A stretch of DNA of 64,000 nucleotides from an uncultured delta proteobacterium (lineage in GTDB: Bacteria > Desulfobacterota > RBG-13-43-22): assembly GCA_963743305.1 (NCBI GenBank), contig CAVUPH010000039.1, positions 52,913 to 116,912 on the forward strand, in the 5' to 3' direction. Below, piece by piece: positions 40,333-49,092 of the stretch. A model generated the notes under the pieces. That model worked only from the letters and a program-made list of their open reading frames with translations. It was not told the DNA's origin and ran no database searches. Position numbers and translations under genes: made by a program. Position 1 is the first letter of the stretch, and every line of letters starts with the position of its first letter.

Positions 40333-41013
40333 CTATTCGTTCTTCTTGCCCCGTCCCCGGGTGATCTCCGGTGCAGAGGGGGTTTCGCCCTCGCTAGAGA
40401 CGGATCTCGCCCCGCTGCCCTTGGGAAGAAGGGAAGAGGCCACTTCCTTGACTCCCTCCACCACGCCGACCAGCATATCCTTCACTGATCGGACGGCGGT
40501 ATTGCCGATGGCGCCGGCGGCCTCGATGGCGCCGCCCACGGCCACTTTGGCCACTTCCTCGACGTTGCCCCCCACTTCCTTCGTGGCCTCGATCACGCCG
40601 TCCACGGCCCGCCGGGCTACCAGGCCTACGTCGGCCCCGATCTCCGCGGCGCCTTTCACGGCCCCTTTGACTGTCTGGCTGGCCACCGAAACCAAGTCGC
40701 CGCCCACGTCGCTGATGCCCATGATCACGCCCTTGGCCACGCTCTTGGTGCTGAGGATCAGGCCCGTGCCGACCTCCTCCGTAGCCTGGATAGTGCCCTT
40801 GACCACATCCTTGGCGACGCTCAGGCTTTCCGTGACCACCGCGCCGCCGGCCCGCAGGGTCGTGGAGACCGTGTTGCGCACCAGGCTGACGATCTCGGAT
40901 TCGATTTCATTGATGCCCTTCAAGCTGCTGACCACGCCTTCCTTGACGGAAGTGCCGGCCTTCCCGATGGTTTCATCCACATTGACGCCTGTCTTCTCCT
41001 GTTTTTCAGTCAT
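40333..41013 (-). CDS. Gly/Val/Ala-rich protein with 22-residue amphipathic repeats
   Basis: Five tandem 22-mers (VKGTIQATEEVGTGLILSTKSV / AKGVIMGISDVGGDLVSVASQT / ...); TAATG stop-start coupling with the upstream gene. Confidence 0.8.
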   Translation of the reverse strand: MTEKQEKTGVNVDETIGKAGTSVKEGVVSSLKGINEIESEIVSLVRNTVSTTLRAGGAVVTESLSVAKDVVKGTIQATEEVGTGLILSTKSVAKGVIMGISDVGGDLVSVASQTVKGAVKGAAEIGADVGLVARRAVDGVIEATKEVGGNVEEVAKVAVGGAIEAAGAIGNTAVRSVKDMLVGVVEGVKEVASSLLPKGSGARSVSSEGETPSAPEITRGRGKKNE

Positions 41014-41501
41014 TACTTTTCTCCCTTAGGTTTCGATTTCAAAAAAATGTTTAAGGCGTACCAGAAGGCCGTGTACCAGGCCGGGGCCATGAAGTTGCCG
41101 CGGCTGATTTGGTAAATGCCCATGATCAGCAGGGCCCCGAAAGACAGGGTCCCCGCATCCATTTCCCCGCCGGTAAATTTTTTGATCTTATTTTCTACCT
41201 GGTTATATGTTTCAGATACCTGTAGATAAATATTGGAAGAAGGCGAACCGATTTGTTTGGCCTGTCCGGGGAAATAGGTTCGGGCCAGATCTTTCATCAT
41301 TGCCGGGTCCAGGGAATGCTTGATCAGGATGCTGCCGGTGACGGGATTGGCCGCCACCTCATGGATATTGGGATACTTCCCCGCCAGGTCCTTCAGAGAC
41401 TGGAAAAAAGCAACGTCCCCTTTTCTCGATGGGATTCTGAGCCGAAACCGCCCGGAGGTGGCGTGGCTGATATAGGCATCAGAAGGCAAATTGTTGAACA
41501 T
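41013..41501 (-). CDS. HMA2-domain membrane protein
   Basis: AYISHATSGRFRLRIP...VAANPVTGSILIKH; C-terminal hydrophobic GALLIMGIYQ..RG...PAWYTAFWYA. Confidence 0.8.
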   Translation of the reverse strand: MFNNLPSDAYISHATSGRFRLRIPSRKGDVAFFQSLKDLAGKYPNIHEVAANPVTGSILIKHSLDPAMMKDLARTYFPGQAKQIGSPSSNIYLQVSETYNQVENKIKKFTGGEMDAGTLSFGALLIMGIYQISRGNFMAPAWYTAFWYALNIFLKSKPKGEK

Positions 41502-41535
41502 GACGGTTCCCTCCCTTAAAGGCCGGACTAATTAA

Positions 41536-41838
41536 TTACCTTTGATCTTCTGCTTCAATGGTACCGTCCACGCCTGTCGCCGCCATGGCTCCGGACCCGG
41601 CTTCTTCCAATTCGGCCCTGGTCTCGGCTATTAGGTCCTCCACCACTTCCTGGGCCTCGGCCGCCACTTCCCGGCCTTTCTGGTAAAGCAGAAAACCGCC
41701 CTTGATCGCGGCTTTGGCCATGGGCTTGACAACACTGGCCAAAACAGGTATGACCACAGGTGCCAGAATGGAAGAACCGATACCAATGGCCAAACCCGTG
41801 ACGATATTGCCTTTCAGACCGTTATCGAATAGACCCAT
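41536..41838 (-). CDS. DUF5132-like small membrane protein (GxxxG helix + acidic helical tail)
   Basis: GLAIGIG..ILAPVVIP...KPMAKAAIKGG..LY.K.RE..AEA.E..EDL.AE.RAE pattern; RBS AAGGAG. Confidence 0.8.
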   Translation of the reverse strand: MGLFDNGLKGNIVTGLAIGIGSSILAPVVIPVLASVVKPMAKAAIKGGFLLYQKGREVAAEAQEVVEDLIAETRAELEEAGSGAMAATGVDGTIEAEDQR

Positions 41839-41946
41839 ATCATCTGCTCCTTTCTCTTTGAAATAAAAATAATAGCTTTTTTCTCTCTACTATAATAACA
41901 ATTAAATCATTATTTGACTACCCAATAGCAATTTCAGGGAAATTTC

Positions 41947-42663
41947 ATGAAACCGATCCCTTTGACAAAACGAATAATCTTTGCCCTGGACGTTGAAACC
42001 CCGGGAGAGGCTCGGGCCTGGGTGGAAAAACTGGAAGACCGGGTGAAGTTTTTTAAAGTCGGGCTTCAGCTTTTTCTGGCCGGAGGGTTCGAAATCGTCG
42101 ACTGGATTTTGAAGCGCGGCTCGGAGGTGATGCTGGATCTCAAGTTCTTCGATGTGCCCCAGACCGTGGCCTCCGCCGTCAAGCAACTGGCTGGCCGGGG
42201 GGTATCTTTTACCACCGTTCATGGCAACGACGCCATCCTCCGGGCCGCGGCCGAAGCCAAACAGGGGGTGAAAATCCTGGCGGTTACTGTTTTGACCAGC
42301 CTGGACCAGGGGGACCTGAACGACCTTGGTTTTCAATGCTCCGCGGAAGATCTGGTCCTATCCCGGGCTCGACGGGCCCTGCAGGTCGGCTGCGACGGGG
42401 TGGTCTCCTCAGGCCTGGAAGCGCCGAGGTTGCGAAAGGAACTGGGAGAGAATTTCCTGGTAGTGGTGCCGGGGGTCCGGCCCGTTGAAAACCGAGTCGA
42501 TGACCAGAAACGGATTGTCACCGTCCGGGATGCTTTTTTGAACGGCGCCGACTACGTGGTCATCGGCCGCCCCTTGAAACAAGCCGCCGATCCCCTGGCT
42601 CTGGCCGCGGAGATGCAGCAGCAGATCCAAGAAGCCTTAAACGATCCCCATCCGATAAAATAA
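41947..42663 (+). CDS. pyrF: Orotidine-5'-phosphate decarboxylase
   Basis: IFALD, FFKVG, MLDLKFFDVPQT, AVTVLTS, VVPGVR, DDQKR and VIGRP. Confidence 0.95.
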   Translation: MKPIPLTKRIIFALDVETPGEARAWVEKLEDRVKFFKVGLQLFLAGGFEIVDWILKRGSEVMLDLKFFDVPQTVASAVKQLAGRGVSFTTVHGNDAILRAAAEAKQGVKILAVTVLTSLDQGDLNDLGFQCSAEDLVLSRARRALQVGCDGVVSSGLEAPRLRKELGENFLVVVPGVRPVENRVDDQKRIVTVRDAFLNGADYVVIGRPLKQAADPLALAAEMQQQIQEALNDPHPIK

Positions 42664-42832
42664 GTCTTCGCCCAGGCGCTTGGAGCGCCACGAAAAACCG
42701 TCATTCCGGACGAGTCACGCGATGTAACGGGATCCGGAATCCCATCCCTCGGTAGAGGGGTTTAAAATATCCCCCCGGCAAACAGGGCCTTCACGAAATC
42801 CCCATAGGGCCAGACCTCGACCTTATCAAATG

Positions 42833-43040
42833 TGTTTATTATTTATACATTATGTTTATTATTTATACATATTATAATATTACTATTTTCAATAAGTTAT
42901 AATTAAATTAAATCATTTTGTATATTTTCAAAACAACGGCAGTCGGATTAAGGAAGGGGTCTTACTGAACAAAATTATGTTTGTTATTAATTAAATCAAT
43001 TAGTTATGTTAGCTACCCCTTTCTTGGCACAGCCTTTGCT
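42833..43040 (+). promoter_or_regulatory. sigma54 promoter with tandem enhancer sites and IHF site
   Basis: TTGGCAC-AGCCT-TTGCT (43024-43040); IHF consensus AATCAATTAGTTA (42994-43006); two identical TGTTTATTATTTATACA (TGT-N11-ACA) at 42833 and 42853. Confidence 0.75.
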
Positions 43041-43078
43041 TATTAAATAGTCAATACAAATCAAAACGGAGGGTCATC

Positions 43079-43987
43079 ATGGCTGAAAAATTAAACTTTG
43101 CCCCGGCTGAAAATCGCTGTATTTGGATGGATGCGGGCGTGGTTTCCTTTAAATTGTGCAATAATAATTTCAACTGTCTGAACTGCAACTTCGATAAGGG
43201 CATGTACAAGAAGGCCCAGGACGAAAGCTCCGGCAGTGTGCAGGTCAAACAGGACAAGCAACCCACCGAGGTGTGGATGAAAAAATTCTTGTCCCTGCCG
43301 GCCTCGCAGCGCAAATGCCGGTATATGCTGAACGGCGCCGTGGCTCATAAAATTTGCCCCAACGCCTTTCAATGCGGCGAATGCACCTATGACCAGATGA
43401 TGCAGGACCGGATACCGCCGGCCGGCGCCTCCAAAATTCAGGACATCCCCCTCGTGGGCGGTTTTGGACAGCCGGAGGGCTACTACTATCACCGGGGCCA
43501 TAGCTGGGCGGTCACCGAATTCGGCGGCCGGGTCCGAGTCGGACTGGACGACTTCGCCCAAAGAGTGGTGGGGAACATTGAAGAAATCAACCTCCCCAAG
43601 GTCGGACAGAAAGTAAGCCCGGGCGCGCCGGTGTTGTCCCTGAAACGGAAAAAACAGGAGGTTCAGGTCCTGGCCCCGATCGACGGCACGGTGACCCATG
43701 TCAACAGTAAGATGGCCGGCCATCCGGAACTGCTCAACCAGGAACCGTACCAGGACGGCTGGTTGTTCGTCGTCGAACCCAACGCCTTGAAGAACGATTT
43801 GAAGGGCCTGTTATACGGAAAAGAAGCCAACCAGTGGCTTTTGGAGGAAAAAGACCGTCTCGTCACCCATATCCAGAGCGATATCGGAGCCACTGCCCTG
43901 GACGGGGGAATGCCGGCCCAGGACTTCGCCGGTCATCTAAAAGGCAATAAATGGGCCCACTTCGTCCGCCAGTTCCTCTTGTCCTAA
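43079..43987 (+). CDS. GcvH-fold protein with duplicated N-terminal Cys-rich motif
   Basis: C.WM..G.V..K.C...FNC..C.FD and C.YM..G.V..K.C...F.C..C.YD repeats; GcvH-like YYHRGHSW...VRVGLDDFA...APIDG.V..VN...PY.DGWL; no ESVK lipoyl motif. Confidence 0.8.
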   Translation: MAEKLNFAPAENRCIWMDAGVVSFKLCNNNFNCLNCNFDKGMYKKAQDESSGSVQVKQDKQPTEVWMKKFLSLPASQRKCRYMLNGAVAHKICPNAFQCGECTYDQMMQDRIPPAGASKIQDIPLVGGFGQPEGYYYHRGHSWAVTEFGGRVRVGLDDFAQRVVGNIEEINLPKVGQKVSPGAPVLSLKRKKQEVQVLAPIDGTVTHVNSKMAGHPELLNQEPYQDGWLFVVEPNALKNDLKGLLYGKEANQWLLEEKDRLVTHIQSDIGATALDGGMPAQDFAGHLKGNKWAHFVRQFLLS

Positions 43988-44023
43988 CCCGTTCCGTTTA
44001 GGCAACCTAATCTGACTCTCCAT

Positions 44024-44058
44024 AAGGGCAGGGGTTTTAATCCTCCTGCCCTTTCTTT
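44024..44058 (+). terminator. Rho-independent terminator
   Basis: AAGGGCAGGGG...CCTCCTGCCCTT followed by TCTTT. Confidence 0.65.
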
Positions 44059-44312
44059 ATAGTTTCTATTTGACTCCCCCCCCTAAAGTGTTTAAAAATT
44101 TACCTACAACGCTTTCCCGCCGGACAGGTTGCTTCTTTTTTGGATTTAGGCCTAGCCAAAAAAAATTGAATTTTTTTTGGCTGTAACAAAAACCACTTTC
44201 AAAGATTTAAAAACCGTTTTTCATATTAGATTCTTACATCCATTGTTAGAGACAAATTCTCAGAACAATGGATGTAAGAATCTAACCCCAACAAGGTTCC
44301 AAGGAGTACGCT

Positions 44313-47300
44313 ATGTCTCAAATCACGCTGGCCATCAATGGACGCACCGTTCATTCCGAATCCGGAAAAACGATTTTGGAAGTCGCCAGAGAGGAAGGGA
44401 TATTCATTCCGACCTTGTGTCATTTCCCGCTGCTGAAGCCGGAAGAGGCCTGCCGGATCTGCGTGGTCGAAGTCCGGGGTTCGGATCGGCTAATCGCCTC
44501 CTGCGCCACACCGGCTTCGGAGGGCCTGTCGGTCCGGACCGACTCGGCAGCCGTGGTCGAGGCCCGACGTCAAATCCTGGAACTCCTGCTGGAACAGCAT
44601 TACGGAGATTGCCTGGCTCCTTGCCAGTTGACCTGTCCGGCCCGGATCGATATCCAGGGCTACCTGGCCCATATTGCCCGGGGGGACTACCTGGAGGCGG
44701 TAAAATTAATCAAGGAAAGGAACCCTTTCCCCCTGGTGGTGGGGCGGGTTTGCCCTCACCCTTGCGAGGACGTCTGCCGGCGGAACCGGGTGGAGGAACC
44801 TCTGGCCATCAATCCCCTGAAACGATTTGTCGCCGATTATGCCTGGGCCCAGGGCGTCTATGTGAAACCGGAAATCGCGCCGGCCAGCGGACATAAGGTG
44901 GCCGTCATCGGCAGCGGACCGGGGGGGCTCTCGGCGGCTTATTATCTCCGCCGTTCCGGCCACCAGGTGACACTATTTGAATCCAAAGATAAGCCGGGCG
45001 GCATGCTGCGCTATTGTATACCGGAATACCGACTGCCCAACGATCTCTTGGATCAGGAAATAAAGGGCGTTACCGATCTAGGGGTCGATCTCCGCTGTAA
45101 CCAGGCCTTAGGCCAGGATTTCATGCTGGCCCAACTTCGCGGCCAGGGATATGAAGCCGTCTTTCTGGGGATCGGGGCCTGGAAATCCACTCGCCTGGGG
45201 CTTCCCGGGGAAGAACTGCCCGGCATCACTACCGGCCTGGATTTCTTGACCCTGACCGCCGCCGGAAAACCACCGGAACTGGGGAAAAAAGTGCTGGTCA
45301 TCGGCGGCGGGAATGCCGCCATGGACGCGGCCAGGACGGCCGTCCGTCTCGGGGCGGAAACCGTGACCCTTCTTTACCGGCGCTCTCGAAAGGAAATGCC
45401 GGCCCACCCGGAAGAGGTGGCGGCGACGGAGGAAGAGGGCACCCGGATGGAATTTCTGGTTTCACCAACCCAACTTTTGATCCGCAACGACCGGGTTAAG
45501 GGTCTGGAATTCATACGCAACGAACTCCGGGAAGCGGACGGCAGCGGACGGGCCCGGCCTTTTCCCATACCGGGTTCCGAGACCCAAATCGAAGCCGATA
45601 CGGTCATCGTGGCCATCGGACAATCGGTGGACCTGTCTTTTATGGAGCATGACCCGGAAATCAAGGGCCTGGCCCTGACCAAGTGGGGAACTCCCCAGGC
45701 CGAGGCCACTACCCTGCAAACTTCCCTGCCTTATCTGTTTGTCGGCGGTGATTTTTACCGCGGCCCGCAAACGGTTATTCAGGCCATTGCCGACGGACGC
45801 CGAGCCGCCCTTTCCATCCACCAGTACCTTAACGGGCAGACCCTCCAAGCGGAACCCGTGCCTTTCAACATCAGTAAAGGACGGCTGAGGGAGGTGGACC
45901 CAGCCAATTTCGAAGGTCTCCCCAGGTCTCCCCGACAAAAAGGCTTTCACCGGCCCTTGGCCGATCGGCATCAAAACTTTCAAGAGGTGGAATTCACCCT
46001 GAACGAAAGCCAGGCCCAGGCCGAGGCTGCTCGCTGCCTCTCCTGCGGCTGTTTGGATGCCTTCGACTGCCGCCTGCGCGCCTATGCCCAGCTCTACCGG
46101 GTGGAAATCGACAAGCTGCCGATCTGGACCAAACGGATGCACCCTCTTAAAGCAGACCATCCCGAAATCGCCATCGATCCCAACAAGTGCATCACCTGCC
46201 GACAGTGCGTCCATGGTTGTTCGGAATACCAGGTCCAGGAAGCGTTTGAACTGAACGAATTGCCCGCCTTGTCCGAGGGGGGCCCCCCGATCTATTCTCC
46301 GGCCATCAATGAACGTTGCGTTCATTGCGGACTATGCGTAGCCCACTGTCCGACCGGCGCCCTGGAAGAAAAGGCACCGCCGCCGCCCGGTCCCTGGAAA
46401 TTGGAAAAAATAAAAACCACTTGCGCCTACTGCGCTGTAGGTTGCCAATTGTTTCTGGAAAAGACCGGAAACCACCTGGTCAAGGTAGATGGGGTAACGG
46501 GGATTCCTCCCAGTTTTGGCCATCTTTGCCTTAGGGGACGCTTCGGGTTTGATTTCGTCCAGCACTCCGAAAGGTTAACCCAGCCCCTGATTCGGGAAGC
46601 CGATCGCTTCCGGGAGGCCTCCTGGGAAGAGGCCCTGACCCTGGTGGCCCGTCGCTTCACCGAAATCCGCGACCGGCAGGGGCCCAAATCCCTGGCCGCT
46701 CTAACCTCCGGCCGGATGACCAATGAAGAAAACTATCTCCTGCAGAAGCTGGTGCGGGTTTTGTTTCGAAACAACGCTATCGACCAGACCACTCGAATGA
46801 GACACGGCACTTTCCTGAAGGGATTGGAAACGGCCTTTGGACTGGGCGTTATGACCAACTCCATCGGGGAAATCGAACGGGCCCGGGTCTTACTGGTCAT
46901 CGGATCCAATCCCACGCGAGAGCATCCGGTGATCGGGGCTGCCATGAAGCGGGCCGTACTCCGGGGTGCCCGTCTCATCCTGGCCGACCCCGGGAAAAAT
47001 GAACTGGCGAATATGGCCCACCTCCGCTTGAACCCTCGCCCGGGCACCCATATCGCCTGGATCAATGGGCTGATGCGTATCATCCTCGATGAAGGGCTTT
47101 ACGACCGGGATTATGTCAGGGAACGCACCGAGGGATTTGAGGAATGGGCCGCCTCCCTGACTTCCTTCGCCCCGGCCATTGTCTCCGAGATAAGCGGGAT
47201 TCCTGAAAAAGACCTGATAACGGCCGCCCGGATGGTCGTCCGAGACAAAGTCGGGATCTTCCTCAGCCGGGAAACCACCCGAAATGCCCGAGGAGAGGAT

Positions 47301-48050
47301 CTGGTCAAAGCCCTGGCCAATCTGGCCCTGCTCACCGGAAGCCTGGGTTTTCCCGGAGCCGGGCTGAATCCCCTGCGCACGGAGAGCAACAGTCAGGGGG
47401 CCTGCGACTTGGGCTGCCTGCCCCAGTTCTTTCCCGGCTATCAGCCGGTCGGGAATTTCGAGGCTCGAAAAAAAATGGAAATCACCTGGGGAGTGCGAGG
47501 ACTTTCCGGAGAAACTGGGCCGTCACCCGAAGAGATGTTGGAAGGGCTTCTAAAAAAGGAAATCCGGGGTTTGTATCTCTTGAGCGGGGATCCCCCCGAT
47601 TCCGAACCGCCAGAACCTCGACTGCTTGAGGCCTTGAAGTCCCTGGACTTCCTGGTAGTCCAGGATATTTTTCTCAGTGCGGCGGCCCAAGCGGCCCAGG
47701 TAGTGTTGCCGGGGGCCTCTTTCGCCGAAAAGGATGGTACCATTACCAATACCGAGCGCCGCGTCCAACGGATACGTCGAGCCCTCCGACCGCAGGGTAA
47801 GGCCAAACCCGATTGGCAGGTTATCGGTGATATCGGGACGCGCATGGGCTATCCCCTGTCTTATCCCGACACCCGATCCATCTTTTATGAAATCCGCATG
47901 GTGACCCCTATTTATTCCGGAATCACTTACGACCGCCTGGAAAAAGTCGGCCTCCAGTGGCCCTGCCCGACCCTGGATCATCCCGGAACGCCCATCCTGC
48001 ACCAGGACCAATTTGCCCGGGGCCTGGGAAAGTTTCAGCCGGTATTATAG
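44313..48050 (+). CDS. Multi-domain NAD(P)H-linked Fe-S oxidoreductase: 2Fe-2S + GltD-like + 2x4Fe-4S + FdhF-like domain without metal ligand
   Basis: IPTLC..CRICVVE..ASC; C.APC..TCPA; GRVCPHPCE; GSGPGG; GGGNAAMD; EAARCLSCGC; CITCRQC and CVHCGLC; TTCAYCAVGC; PGASFAEKDGT. No C-terminal molybdopterin-binding domain. Confidence 0.85.
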   Translation: MSQITLAINGRTVHSESGKTILEVAREEGIFIPTLCHFPLLKPEEACRICVVEVRGSDRLIASCATPASEGLSVRTDSAAVVEARRQILELLLEQHYGDCLAPCQLTCPARIDIQGYLAHIARGDYLEAVKLIKERNPFPLVVGRVCPHPCEDVCRRNRVEEPLAINPLKRFVADYAWAQGVYVKPEIAPASGHKVAVIGSGPGGLSAAYYLRRSGHQVTLFESKDKPGGMLRYCIPEYRLPNDLLDQEIKGVTDLGVDLRCNQALGQDFMLAQLRGQGYEAVFLGIGAWKSTRLGLPGEELPGITTGLDFLTLTAAGKPPELGKKVLVIGGGNAAMDAARTAVRLGAETVTLLYRRSRKEMPAHPEEVAATEEEGTRMEFLVSPTQLLIRNDRVKGLEFIRNELREADGSGRARPFPIPGSETQIEADTVIVAIGQSVDLSFMEHDPEIKGLALTKWGTPQAEATTLQTSLPYLFVGGDFYRGPQTVIQAIADGRRAALSIHQYLNGQTLQAEPVPFNISKGRLREVDPANFEGLPRSPRQKGFHRPLADRHQNFQEVEFTLNESQAQAEAARCLSCGCLDAFDCRLRAYAQLYRVEIDKLPIWTKRMHPLKADHPEIAIDPNKCITCRQCVHGCSEYQVQEAFELNELPALSEGGPPIYSPAINERCVHCGLCVAHCPTGALEEKAPPPPGPWKLEKIKTTCAYCAVGCQLFLEKTGNHLVKVDGVTGIPPSFGHLCLRGRFGFDFVQHSERLTQPLIREADRFREASWEEALTLVARRFTEIRDRQGPKSLAALTSGRMTNEENYLLQKLVRVLFRNNAIDQTTRMRHGTFLKGLETAFGLGVMTNSIGEIERARVLLVIGSNPTREHPVIGAAMKRAVLRGARLILADPGKNELANMAHLRLNPRPGTHIAWINGLMRIILDEGLYDRDYVRERTEGFEEWAASLTSFAPAIVSEISGIPEKDLITAARMVVRDKVGIFLSRETTRNARGEDLVKALANLALLTGSLGFPGAGLNPLRTESNSQGACDLGCLPQFFPGYQPVGNFEARKKMEITWGVRGLSGETGPSPEEMLEGLLKKEIRGLYLLSGDPPDSEPPEPRLLEALKSLDFLVVQDIFLSAAAQAAQVVLPGASFAEKDGTITNTERRVQRIRRALRPQGKAKPDWQVIGDIGTRMGYPLSYPDTRSIFYEIRMVTPIYSGITYDRLEKVGLQWPCPTLDHPGTPILHQDQFARGLGKFQPVL

Positions 48051-49058
48051 GTCAGAACAATGGATGGAAGAATCTATTCCGGTTATCTTTTCTTTTTCAA
48101 AATCAAATAATTCCTGGTGATCGCCGCCGGAGGCGATCACCACTTTTCGTTCCGAAGTTACCTGACCGATGATTTCAGCCGTGATGTTCCGTTCCCTGAA
48201 AGTCGTCAGGACTTCTCCGGTCCGGGATGGGGCCGCCGCCAAAATAAAACTGAAACTCTGGAAGCAGACCAACCAATCCAGTAATTCAATCGCCGGCGGG
48301 ACGGGGATGGCCGTCAGATCCACTAAGGCCCCTTTTCCCGAATTTTCCATCATGATCGACAGGGTCCCCAGGATTCCGGCATTACTGACATCCTTGGCCG
48401 CAAAGGCCAATCCCCTTTCGGCGATCAGCGGCATGGTTTCCAGGCGAAAGAGAAGCTCTTCCGTGCTTTTGCCTGAATTCGCATCCCAGCTCACCACCGA
48501 GCGGCAGCCGCGCTGCCCTTTGAGGTCCACCGCCAGGATCAGGTTGTCCCCCGAGGCCGCCAGGTGACTGCGCAAAACCCGACGGCCATAGCCCAGGATG
48601 GCCACCGCCAGAGAGGGGACGGCAATCGAGGGATCGGGATGCAGATGCCCTCCCACCATGGGCACCCGGAGTTTCTCGCAGCCGTGACGGATCCCCTCTA
48701 CCACTTGAGATCGGCCTTTTTCTTCGCCGTGGGACAACACATTGACCAAAGCGATCGGCCGGCCGCCCATGGAATAAATATCGTTGACCGTCACCATAAT
48801 CGAGGCCTTGCCGGCGGCGTAGGGTTCCTGCATCAAGAGCTGGGGCATGATCCCATCCGCCGCCAAAAGCAGGAACCCGTCGCCCCAGGGGATCACGGCG
48901 GCGTCATCCCCGTAGTTAGGCAACTGGGGCCCATAGGGGGTGCCGGCCACCAGTCTTTCAAAAACCGCTTCGATAGGCTGTTTTCGGAGAAGTCCGGGAT
49001 ATTTTCTTATCTCTTGAACCAACTTTGAAACTTCTTGGGAAGATCGGGGATTAGACAT
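48045..49058 (-). CDS. AIR synthase-related protein (PurM/ThiL/SelD superfamily, Sll0787-like)
   Basis: GDDAAVI, LLAADG, VNDIYSMGGRP, VGGH and KDVSNAGILGT. Confidence 0.75.
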   Translation of the reverse strand: MSNPRSSQEVSKLVQEIRKYPGLLRKQPIEAVFERLVAGTPYGPQLPNYGDDAAVIPWGDGFLLLAADGIMPQLLMQEPYAAGKASIMVTVNDIYSMGGRPIALVNVLSHGEEKGRSQVVEGIRHGCEKLRVPMVGGHLHPDPSIAVPSLAVAILGYGRRVLRSHLAASGDNLILAVDLKGQRGCRSVVSWDANSGKSTEELLFRLETMPLIAERGLAFAAKDVSNAGILGTLSIMMENSGKGALVDLTAIPVPPAIELLDWLVCFQSFSFILAAAPSRTGEVLTTFRERNITAEIIGQVTSERKVVIASGGDHQELFDFEKEKITGIDSSIHCSDL

Positions 49059-49092
49059 GGTCATCCTTTACCGGTAGCAGATGGAGCGCTGC

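Noticed and set aside
35891-40488. Long plus-strand ORFs (35891-37069, 37135-38088, 38734-40488)
   Set aside because: Antisense shadows of the GC-rich metK-like and ATPase genes, with no motifs of their own.
42833-42870. Possible CRISPR or iteron repeat
   Set aside because: Only two 17-bp copies 3 bp apart and no cas or rep gene; better explained as sigma54 enhancer sites.
43079-43987. Canonical gcvH
   Set aside because: Lacks the lipoyl-lysine motif, has an extra Cys-rich domain, and no gcvP/gcvT is nearby.
44313-48050. Functional formate dehydrogenase (fdhF/fdhA) or selenoprotein
   Set aside because: No in-frame TGA or Cys at the ligand position and no molybdopterin-binding C-terminal domain.
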